A stretch of DNA of 33,011 nucleotides from an uncultured Muribaculaceae bacterium (GTDB taxonomy: Bacteria > Bacillota_I > Bacilli_A > RF39 > UBA660): assembly GCA_964398265.1 (NCBI GenBank), contig CAYNLX010000002.1, positions 1 to 33,011 of the forward strand. Direction: 5' to 3'. Positions 16,996 through 24,524 of the stretch are shown here, piece by piece. Both the position numbers and the translations under genes were made by a program. The notes under the pieces are model-generated. The model worked only from the letters and a program-made list of their open reading frames with translations. It was not told the DNA's origin and did no database searches. Every line of letters begins with the position of its first letter. The stretch's first letter is position 1.

Positions 16996-18122
16996 TTTTT
17001 TATTAACCTCCTAGTATCCTTAACCTCTTTATAATATGTATCAGGCCTTTTTTCATCATATAATTCGTTACACCAAATAACTAATATCATTTCATCGTCG
17101 CCGATATTTTCTATCTTATGAGTATATCCAACAGGAATAGTTACAACTTCAATTTTTTTGTCACTTACTTCAAAATTATAACTGTCATCGTTAACGACAC
17201 TTGAAAAAGAAATTTTTGCTTTTCCTTTTACCACTATAAAACGCTCAATTTTTGTATGATGATAATGATTTCCTCTAACTACACCAGGATTAGACACTGA
17301 AACAGAAATTTGACCAGAATCTAATGATCTAATTAATTCTGTAAAGCTGCCTCTTTGATCAATGTTCATTTTTGTACAAAGATTAGTTCTTTCTACTGGA
17401 ACATAGCTAATATAGGTAGAATATAATTTTTTTGTAAATTCATCACCTGTATTTGGAATAAAAATTGTATCGGTACATTTCTTAAAAAACAATATTTTTT
17501 CTGCCAAGTTACCTAAACTAATTTTGTAGCAAGGATTTATAAAGCACCTGTCACCTATGATTTTTGAAGGCTTGTTTCCTTCTAACAATTTTAAAAATTC
17601 ATATATAATATCATCTATATATATTAATTCTAATTCCTTATCTCTATCACTTATAGTTATTTCTTCTCCATTTGCTATATTATTACAAAAAGTTGCAACA
17701 ACAGAATTGTAATTTGGCTTACACCACTTTCCGAAAACATTATGGAACCTATATACATAAGAAGATGGTAAATTATCCAATATATAATCTTCTGCCATTT
17801 TCTTGCTTTTTCCGTAATCATTATCTAATTCTGCTTGAATGCTTGATGCAAATACGAAAGGAATATCTTTACCACTTTTTTTAACTAAATCAACTAATCT
17901 TTTTGTAAGATCAGTATTTGTTTCATAAAATTCTTTTGGATCAATTGGTCTATTTGACCCTGCTAAATGAAATATAAAGTCAATCTCTCCAATGCTTTCA
18001 ACTATATCGTTAAAATCATCGTCTACATCAAACGTTATTATCTCTAAATTTGCTACTTCACTTAAAAAGCTTAATAAGTTCTTCCCAATAAAGCCTTTAT
18101 TTCCAGTTACTAAAACTTTCAT
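16992..18122 (-). CDS. capF: CapF/FnlB reductase-epimerase (SDR domain + C-terminal cupin) of UDP-L-FucNAc synthesis
   Basis: 376 aa with GNKGFIGKNL, FGKWCKPNYNSVVATFC, DQRGSFTE, GNHYHHTK and IPVGYTHKIENIG, the hallmark CapF strings. ATGA overlaps at both ends. Confidence 0.92.
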   Translation of the reverse strand: MKVLVTGNKGFIGKNLLSFLSEVANLEIITFDVDDDFNDIVESIGEIDFIFHLAGSNRPIDPKEFYETNTDLTKRLVDLVKKSGKDIPFVFASSIQAELDNDYGKSKKMAEDYILDNLPSSYVYRFHNVFGKWCKPNYNSVVATFCNNIANGEEITISDRDKELELIYIDDIIYEFLKLLEGNKPSKIIGDRCFINPCYKISLGNLAEKILFFKKCTDTIFIPNTGDEFTKKLYSTYISYVPVERTNLCTKMNIDQRGSFTELIRSLDSGQISVSVSNPGVVRGNHYHHTKIERFIVVKGKAKISFSSVVNDDSYNFEVSDKKIEVVTIPVGYTHKIENIGDDEMILVIWCNELYDEKRPDTYYKEVKDTRRLIKK

Positions 18123-19150
18123 TTTTTATCCTCATTAAATAAGTCTAATCTTTTCAATAACTTTTTCATGCCTTCGATGTCCAATCTTTTAGTGTTATGA
18201 GAATTATACTCTTCAATCTTGTCTAAATCTTTATCTCCAGTATTTTCATATTTAGCATAATTTAAATTTCTATTATCAGCAGGAACTCGATAATAATCTC
18301 CTAAATCTTCTGCTCCAATCATTTCTTCTTTAGTTACTAAAACTTCATATAATTTTTCTCCATGTCTTGATCCAATATGCTTAATAGGAGCATCAGAATG
18401 TTTCAATTCTTTTACTGCTTGTGCTAATGTATCTATAGTAGCCGCCGGAGCTTTTTGAACAAACAAATCTCCTTGTTTTCCATTCTTAAATGCATATATT
18501 ACTAGGTCTACTGCATCATCTAATGTCATCATAAATCTTGTCATTTCTGGATTAGTTATTGTTAATGGTTTCCCTTGCTCTATTTGTTCACAAAATAAAG
18601 GTATAACAGATCCACGACTAGCCATGACATTGCCATATCTTGTTCTACATATAATAGTGCTTCCTTCTTGTAAATCTCTTCCTTTTGCAACCGCTACTTT
18701 TTCCATTAAAGCCTTACTCATTCCCATTGCATTTATTGGGTACGCAGCTTTATCAGTACTTAAAACTATTAACTTTTTTACGTTTTTATTAATTGCAGCT
18801 TCAAGAACATTATTGGTTCCTAAAATATTGGTTTGTACAGCTTGTACTGGAAAAAATTCACATGAAGGCACTTGTTTAAGTGCTGCAGCATGAAACACGA
18901 AATCTACTCCATCCATTGCATCTTCTATACTTCTATAATCCCTAACATCCCCAATATAAAATTTAACTTTTTCGTTATTAAGTGAGATACGCATATCTTC
19001 TTGCTTCTTTTCGTCCCTAGAAAAAATCCTTATTTCCTTTAAACTAGAGTCAAGAAACTTTTTTAATACTGCATTTCCAAACGATCCTGTTCCACCAGTA
19101 ATTAATAATACCTTTCCATTAAAAATATCTTCAATTTTCTTTTCTTCCAT
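18119..19150 (-). CDS. capE: UDP-GlcNAc 4,6-dehydratase/5-epimerase (CapE/FnlA)
   Basis: ITGGTGSFGNAVLKKFL, IRIFSRDEKKQ, HAAALKQVPSCEFFP, STDKAAYPINAMGMSKA, TRYGNVMASRGSVIPLF and MTRFMM. I place the start at the ATG at 19150 (MEEKKIEDIF), 8 nt after GGAGGA. The track's ATG at 19186 would overlap the ATPase gene. Confidence 0.92.
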   Translation of the reverse strand: MEEKKIEDIFNGKVLLITGGTGSFGNAVLKKFLDSSLKEIRIFSRDEKKQEDMRISLNNEKVKFYIGDVRDYRSIEDAMDGVDFVFHAAALKQVPSCEFFPVQAVQTNILGTNNVLEAAINKNVKKLIVLSTDKAAYPINAMGMSKALMEKVAVAKGRDLQEGSTIICRTRYGNVMASRGSVIPLFCEQIEQGKPLTITNPEMTRFMMTLDDAVDLVIYAFKNGKQGDLFVQKAPAATIDTLAQAVKELKHSDAPIKHIGSRHGEKLYEVLVTKEEMIGAEDLGDYYRVPADNRNLNYAKYENTGDKDLDKIEEYNSHNTKRLDIEGMKKLLKRLDLFNEDKK

Positions 19151-19167
19151 CTTTTCATATCCTCCTA

Positions 19168-19899
19168 TTAAAATTGATTTTTGCAATATTCATCACATAC
19201 TTCTTGTGTATTGCCAACCATTTTTATTCTTCCTTTATCTAACCATATTACTCTTTCACAGAGTGCCCTTATTGAATCTATCGAATGTGATACAAATAAA
19301 ACCGTTGTGCCACCCTTTATCATTTCCATCATCTTCTTTTGACTTTTTTTCTGAAAATGAATATCCCCTACCGATAATATTTCATCCACAATCAATATTT
19401 CGGGTTCCACTATCGTAGAAATAGAGAAAGCCAATTTTGCAATCATTCCTGAAGAAAAGTTTTTAAGTGGAACTTCAAGAAACTCTTCTAACTCAGAATA
19501 CTTAACAATTGATTCAAACTTATCATTAATGAACTTTTTTGAATAACCTAAAACTGCACCATTTAAATAAATATTTTCACGAGCTGTTAATTCCATATCG
19601 AAGCCAGCTCCAAGTTCTATCATTGGAGAAATAACTCCGCTTACTTTTACAGAGCCCTCAGTGGGTTTCATTACGCCACTTACAATTTTCAACAAGGTAC
19701 TTTTTCCAGCACCATTGTTACCAATTATTCCAACTACTTCGCCCGAGCTGATTGAACAATTAATATTTTTAAGTGCCCAGAAATCATCATGCTTTTTTTT
19801 ATGTTTGCCACTAAATATATCTATAAAATATTGTTTAATGCTGGCACTTTTTTCTATTCCTAGATTAAATTTCATTCCTAAATTATTAATTTCTATCAT
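19168..19899 (-). CDS. Polysaccharide/teichoic-acid export ABC transporter, ATP-binding subunit (TagH/Wzt-like, short form without a C-terminal carbohydrate-binding domain)
   Basis: Walker A GNNGAGKST, signature FSSGM, Walker B ILIVDE. The FWALKNINCSISSGEVVGIIG context is typical of TagH/Wzt. Start taken at the ATG at 19899 (MIEINNL), 5 nt after GAGGG. The track's GTG at 19911 abuts the permease stop. Confidence 0.9.
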   Translation of the reverse strand: MIEINNLGMKFNLGIEKSASIKQYFIDIFSGKHKKKHDDFWALKNINCSISSGEVVGIIGNNGAGKSTLLKIVSGVMKPTEGSVKVSGVISPMIELGAGFDMELTARENIYLNGAVLGYSKKFINDKFESIVKYSELEEFLEVPLKNFSSGMIAKLAFSISTIVEPEILIVDEILSVGDIHFQKKSQKKMMEMIKGGTTVLFVSHSIDSIRALCERVIWLDKGRIKMVGNTQEVCDEYCKNQF

Positions 19900-19911
19900 T
19901 TTTACCCTCAC

Positions 19912-20697
19912 TTACAAATGATAAATAAATTTATCTTGATTTTTTTTGAAAACTAAACATCCTATAATAAAAAACGTGACTGCATATAAACCAGATGCAA
20001 CTGTTGTTTCCATTGCAGGAGTCTTTCCTTCTAATATAATTACCCTAACAAATAATAAAAATTGATATAATGGATTTAAAACAAATATTGACTGAAGTTT
20101 TGCAGGCAATATCGAAATATCATAAAAAATTGGAGTAAAATATTGCCAAATAGTTAAAAGTATTCCATAAATATAAATCATATCTTTTAAAAACACAGAT
20201 AAAGCTGATAGTAAAAATCCTATTCCTATAGTAAAGATAAAAAGACATATAAATGCATAAGGCAATAGTAAATAGTTTACAGTAATTGGAGCACCGGTTA
20301 TTATTATTATTATTAACAAAGGTATAAGTGATAATAAAAAATTTATTCCAACAAACAAACACTTCGATAATGGAAATATATATTTAGGTAAGTAAACCTT
20401 ATTAAGCAATGGAAAGTTTGAAATAATTGATGTTAAACAAGTTGATGTTGCCTCACTAAAATAATTAAAAAGTACTAATCCTGTCATAAGATAAACTAAA
20501 AAGTTTGTTTCAGTTCCATTTAGTTTAAACAATTGAGAAAAAATGATTGAAAGAACTCCCATCATTAAAACAGGATATAACAAACTCCATAATACTCCCA
20601 ATACGCTTCTTTTATATTTCACTTTAAAATCACGAAGTATCATTTGGCTTAATAAAAAAGAATATTTTCTAAAATTGTATAATATATTTTTTATCAT
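19912..20697 (-). CDS. ABC-2 type polysaccharide/teichoic-acid export permease (TagG/Wzm-like)
   Basis: 261 aa with six hydrophobic segments. The N-terminal LSQMILRDFKVKYKRSVLGVLWSLLYP matches the ABC-2 signature. RBS GAGGAG. Confidence 0.9.
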   Translation of the reverse strand: MIKNILYNFRKYSFLLSQMILRDFKVKYKRSVLGVLWSLLYPVLMMGVLSIIFSQLFKLNGTETNFLVYLMTGLVLFNYFSEATSTCLTSIISNFPLLNKVYLPKYIFPLSKCLFVGINFLLSLIPLLIIIIITGAPITVNYLLLPYAFICLFIFTIGIGFLLSALSVFLKDMIYIYGILLTIWQYFTPIFYDISILPAKLQSIFVLNPLYQFLLFVRVIILEGKTPAMETTVASGLYAVTFFIIGCLVFKKNQDKFIYHL

Positions 20698-20789
20698 GCT
20701 ATTCTCCTCACTTTATTAGTTTAACATATTTTGTAAAAAAAAGAAAATAATATAAACATTATTAATATTAAATATGTATTATTATTTTA

Positions 20790-22403
20790 CTATCTAAAAA
20801 TAATTTTTCTTAATATCTTGCTAGACATTGGAACAATCATTTTACCAGAAATCACAATTTGTTTAGCATTTTTAACTGGTATTTTTATATTATTGTCTCC
20901 AAAAAATATATATTGATTCTTTACAAAACTTGGGGCATTTATTATTTCTTTATGCCCAATTTTTTTCACTGATTTATCGTTTTTAATTATATGTATTTTT
21001 AAATTTGCTATCGAATACCCTGACGAAGTTGAAGGATACCACTCAACATAATTAGATTTAGAAGAAATATTATACTTTTGAGTAAATCTTTTTTTGTTAT
21101 TCTCCTCCCAATCATGAATTATTCTTTGATTATTTTTAATTTCTATTAATCTTGAATCAAGTGAAATGTATGAAACTTTTTCCTTGCTTACTAAAAACTC
21201 ATTAAACAACTGATTAGCTTTATCAAGTAATTCGCTAGTTGATCCTGGAGTAACATAATTATATGATTTTCGCAATTGTTCATCATTAGCTGGCATTAAA
21301 TATTTTCCAGAAATTTCTATTTTTGTCATATTTGCGTTCTTTTTTAATGGTATATAAATATAAGGAGACATAGAATTAATAATTAAACTTTTATCGTTAT
21401 ACAAAAACGATCCAAATAAAACATTATTATTTATAATCTCTTTTTCTTTGTTTGAGTAATGTATTGTTATTACTAAATTAGATATAGAAAATCCCCAAGT
21501 AGTGCTTAACTCCCATCTAAGCATTTCTTTAGCATTTTTTATTACATATTTTTGGTAGAAGTATCCGTTTTCTATTTTGTTTATTTTTGGTTTATAAACT
21601 GAAGTTCCCTTATGTTCTAAATTGAAATTTGCCACTATTAACGAATCCAATTCAAAAGTATTAATTATTGATTTACTTTTTCCTCTTAATGCTGGATCAT
21701 ATATTCCTCTTTTGGAATAGTCCATCGAAATTCCTTCCTTTTTAAATAAAGCCTTAGTATCTTCCATCCATTGTCCAGAAAACAATCCTATTTTACCAGA
21801 GTCATATGGAATATACATTTTTTCTTTATGACTAAGAAAAAAAGCTTTATCATTTCTTATAGAATGATTTATTTTTTTATTAGAGCTCAATTCCCATTGC
21901 CATATGTTCTCATTCCTGTTTTTTAAGTAATACAAAAATTTTTTTCTATTCCATATTCCAGCTATTGCGGATAAAACTATTTTTGATTTATTATTTATTC
22001 TTTTAAATCCAGGATATAATCCTGATTCACCTATACTGGTTTGCCAAATAGTAAAAGTTGCAATACTAGTATCTAAGTTAAGCCAATTAATACATTGTTC
22101 AATTTTATTAGCATCAACAAAATCATAAAGAAAAAAATCATCTAATAGAAAAATAACGTTTTTATAATTTATTTGTGAAAGTAAATCATACATTCTTATA
22201 GTCCAATTATCATCTTTAGATTTTGGATGTATATTATTAATTGTTAATCCTTTATAACTATAATTCAAAGATTCTGTGCTTAAATAAATATCATAATTAA
22301 TATTAGGCCAGTATTTTTTTAACAATTTAAAAAAAATATCTAAAATATCTGAGTAAGCATCGCAACTTGAGACTACTAAGGCACATTTTTTACTATTTTC
22401 CAT
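20790..22403 (-). CDS. Hypothetical protein: N-terminal GT-A-like region plus two tandem roughly 100-aa C-terminal repeats
   Basis: 537 aa. N-terminus is CALVVSSCDAYSDILDIFFKLLKKYWP, with a DXD-like NVIFLLDDFF. Residues about 281-380 and 437-537 align to each other (FYQKYVIKNAKEMLRWELSTTWGFSISNLVITIHY versus FTQKYNISSKSNYVEWYPSTSSGYSIANLKIHII). RBS GGAGAA. The start overlaps the upstream stop by 1 nt. Confidence 0.75.
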   Translation of the reverse strand: MENSKKCALVVSSCDAYSDILDIFFKLLKKYWPNINYDIYLSTESLNYSYKGLTINNIHPKSKDDNWTIRMYDLLSQINYKNVIFLLDDFFLYDFVDANKIEQCINWLNLDTSIATFTIWQTSIGESGLYPGFKRINNKSKIVLSAIAGIWNRKKFLYYLKNRNENIWQWELSSNKKINHSIRNDKAFFLSHKEKMYIPYDSGKIGLFSGQWMEDTKALFKKEGISMDYSKRGIYDPALRGKSKSIINTFELDSLIVANFNLEHKGTSVYKPKINKIENGYFYQKYVIKNAKEMLRWELSTTWGFSISNLVITIHYSNKEKEIINNNVLFGSFLYNDKSLIINSMSPYIYIPLKKNANMTKIEISGKYLMPANDEQLRKSYNYVTPGSTSELLDKANQLFNEFLVSKEKVSYISLDSRLIEIKNNQRIIHDWEENNKKRFTQKYNISSKSNYVEWYPSTSSGYSIANLKIHIIKNDKSVKKIGHKEIINAPSFVKNQYIFFGDNNIKIPVKNAKQIVISGKMIVPMSSKILRKIIFR

Positions 22404-23659
22404 TATTTCTCCTTGCTTTTTTCTATTTTTTCTATTTTCTTATATAATTCTTCCATTTTTATATTAATATTATGTACATTATAATTAAGATTAATTATAT
22501 CTCTTGATAAATCGTAACCCAATGTTAAAGCGGCCATATCTTGAGAAAGACTTAAATTGTAAAAAAAATCATGTTTTTTCTTATTATATATATATTTAGA
22601 AAAACCATTTAAGTCTCCAAAAATAAATTTGACTTGTTTCTTCCTTACTAAAGAATGAATACTACTACAAAACCCTCCTATAAGTATTTTTTTGTTATTC
22701 CACAGTAACAACTCTATAGGAAATTTTTCTGGAAGTATAATTATGTTGTTGCTATTCAAAAAATCTCTTAATGTTGGATTGTCAGAAGCTGGAAATAATG
22801 GGTGAGCTTTGTAATATAATTGAAAGTCTCTTCCATAATCGTCAACAACCTTTGATATTAAATCTGAATAAATAAAACTCATTATTTCTTGATTAAAAAA
22901 CATATAAGTACCATTAATAATAAGTGCCTTTTTACTATTCTCTAATTTAGATAATATACTACTTTCTATTAAAGAACTTTCCAAAAAATCTTTTTTTAAT
23001 TTGTTTGGCAACATTTGAAACATTTTATAAAAATTTATTGATTTTAAATTTAAATTACTATATTTATTTAATTGTGTATTATTAATTAATTCTTTTAAAT
23101 TTGGAATAAGATATTCTACATTTTCTTTTTTTGATAGCATATATCCATAGTTATCAATTGTAGACATTTCTTGATTTAACTCTTCGGAATTTACATTGTT
23201 TTCCACTTTTTTAATCATATTAGACCATTTTTCTTTTTTATCATAAAAATAGTTTTCATTAACGATTCTCGCCATATATTCTGTTATATTTCCTTCAGAA
23301 ACAATAAAAATTTTCTTAATTCTTTTTGCTAATTCATTATCAGAATACAACTTAAGAATAAACTGTATTCTCGAATCATCACAATAAATATGAAAATTCA
23401 TTTCTTTATTAGTTTTATATAATTCACTAAGTTTATTTCTAATTTCATATATTTCTTTGTCAATAAATTCTTTGTCAGTTTTACTTTTTATTATATTATA
23501 TTCCACCAAATTATCAGGGTAATTCTTTTCGTTAATAAATTCTGTATAATTCTTTACAAAAATAATACTAGGGTTATTATTAATAAAAATGTTAATTTTT
23601 GAAAATAGAGATGGCAACGTCCCAAAAGCAATATATATATTGAAAACATTTGTTTTCAT
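22403..23659 (-). CDS. Putative CMP-ulosonic acid (sialyl-/Kdo-type) glycosyltransferase
   Basis: 418 aa. HP motif YYKAHPLFP (H286-P287, nt 22804-22799). An upstream acidic-Gly motif FIVSEGN fills the D/E-D/E-G position. C-terminal FPIELLLW....LIGGFCSSIHSL resembles GT52/GT38-type sialyltransferases and beta-Kdo transferases. It overlaps the kdsB-like gene as ATGA. The family assignment rests on motifs only. Confidence 0.5.
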   Translation of the reverse strand: MKTNVFNIYIAFGTLPSLFSKINIFINNNPSIIFVKNYTEFINEKNYPDNLVEYNIIKSKTDKEFIDKEIYEIRNKLSELYKTNKEMNFHIYCDDSRIQFILKLYSDNELAKRIKKIFIVSEGNITEYMARIVNENYFYDKKEKWSNMIKKVENNVNSEELNQEMSTIDNYGYMLSKKENVEYLIPNLKELINNTQLNKYSNLNLKSINFYKMFQMLPNKLKKDFLESSLIESSILSKLENSKKALIINGTYMFFNQEIMSFIYSDLISKVVDDYGRDFQLYYKAHPLFPASDNPTLRDFLNSNNIIILPEKFPIELLLWNNKKILIGGFCSSIHSLVRKKQVKFIFGDLNGFSKYIYNKKKHDFFYNLSLSQDMAALTLGYDLSRDIINLNYNVHNINIKMEELYKKIEKIEKSKEK

Positions 23660-24405
23660 AATTGCTCCTTATTATCTTGTATTCTTTTATCCATTATATC
23701 TATAATTCTTGTTAAATCCTTTGGAGAATCAACTGACATAGAATCTGATTCTACTTTAACAATTTTTATTAATTGATGATTTTCTAACAATCTAATCATC
23801 TCAAGTCCCTCTATTTTTTCTAAATTTCCCATACCAACTTTTTCAAATAAATTTAAACATTCTTTTGTATATACATATGCTCCCATGTTTTTATAATATT
23901 CAAAATTTAAATCTTCTTTTGGAAAAGGAATTGGTGATCTAGACATATATATTAGTTCATCTTTGTCATTAATAGCTAATTTTATTGTTGTTGTATTTAC
24001 TACATCAACACAATTTTTAAATTTTGTTGCTAACATTCCAGCATCATATTTTTTATTTTTAATTAAATCTTTTAATAACAAAGACACATCTTTAGGATCA
24101 ATTAATGGTTCATCACCCATTAGAACTAAATATAAATCTGCGTCTATTTTTTTTGATACTTCAATAGCTCTATCGGTTCCATTTTTATGCTCTTTTGAAG
24201 TCATGATATAGTTTATATCATATTTATCGCACACATCAGATATCCTTTTATCATCAGTTGCAACAAAGATATCAGATAACTCTGTTATTTGTTTTCCGTG
24301 ATTATATACCCACCAAATCATTGGCTTTCCACTAATATCTGCTAAAGGTTTTCCAATAAATCTGCTTGATTCATATCTTGAAGGGATTATTCCGACAATT
24401 TTCAT
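23656..24405 (-). CDS. kdsB: 3-deoxy-manno-octulosonate cytidylyltransferase family (KdsB-type CMP-sugar synthetase)
   Basis: 249 aa. IIPSRYESSRFIGKPLADISGKPMIWWV matches KdsB IIPARYASTRLPGKPL.DI.GKPMI, not the NeuA-type SKG motif. Other matches are VATDD, HKNGTDR, LMGDEPLI, G.YVY, LE.IEGLEMIRLLE and SVDSPKDL. Confidence 0.85.
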   Translation of the reverse strand: MKIVGIIPSRYESSRFIGKPLADISGKPMIWWVYNHGKQITELSDIFVATDDKRISDVCDKYDINYIMTSKEHKNGTDRAIEVSKKIDADLYLVLMGDEPLIDPKDVSLLLKDLIKNKKYDAGMLATKFKNCVDVVNTTTIKLAINDKDELIYMSRSPIPFPKEDLNFEYYKNMGAYVYTKECLNLFEKVGMGNLEKIEGLEMIRLLENHQLIKIVKVESDSMSVDSPKDLTRIIDIMDKRIQDNKEQL

Positions 24406-24431
24406 TAATTATACCTCTCTTTTTTTATTTA

Positions 24432-24460
24432 ATTATACTCTATAAACATAATTATTACAA
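24432..24460 (-). promoter_or_regulatory. Putative sigma-A promoter of the minus-strand glycan operon
   Basis: Minus strand reads TTGTAA (24460-24455), 17 nt, TATAAT (24437-24432). The AGAGAGG RBS and the ATG at 24405 lie downstream. Confidence 0.55.
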
Positions 24461-24492
24461 TATTATAAAATAATACCGAATATTTATTAGTA

Positions 24493-24501
24493 TGATATAA
24501 T
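24493..24501 (+). promoter_or_regulatory. Putative extended -10 promoter element of the divergent plus-strand unit
   Basis: TGaTATAAT (24493-24501), 23 nt upstream of the ATG at 24525. No good -35 hexamer. Confidence 0.4.
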
Positions 24502-24524
24502 ACTAATTAGGGATGTGATTATAA

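Noticed and set aside
19151-19186. Upstream extensions suggested by the ORF track for capE (19186), the ABC ATPase (GTG 19911) and pepC (32997)
   Set aside because: In each case an internal ATG (19150, 19899, 32964) has a properly spaced GA-rich RBS and gives the family-typical N-terminus. The longer forms overlap neighbours or lack an RBS.
20698-20789. 92-bp gap upstream of the ABC permease gene, examined for a terminator or promoter
   Set aside because: There is no GC-containing hairpin with a T-run. The only promoter-like elements are TTTACA-16-TAAAGT, which is too close to the RBS, and a TGtTAAACT extended -10 without a -35. These are too weak to call without transcript data.
11205-24211. 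Set of short antisense or alternative-frame ORFs (11205-11420, 13691-13903, 17672-17884, 18624-18893, 19206-19418, 19661-19921, 20120-20362, 23963-24211)
   Set aside because: Each lies entirely within a gene whose other frame has strong family motifs (GT-C-like, GT2, CapF, CapE, ABC ATPase, ABC-2 permease, KdsB). In very AT-rich DNA, stop-free antisense stretches of 60-90 codons are expected by chance.
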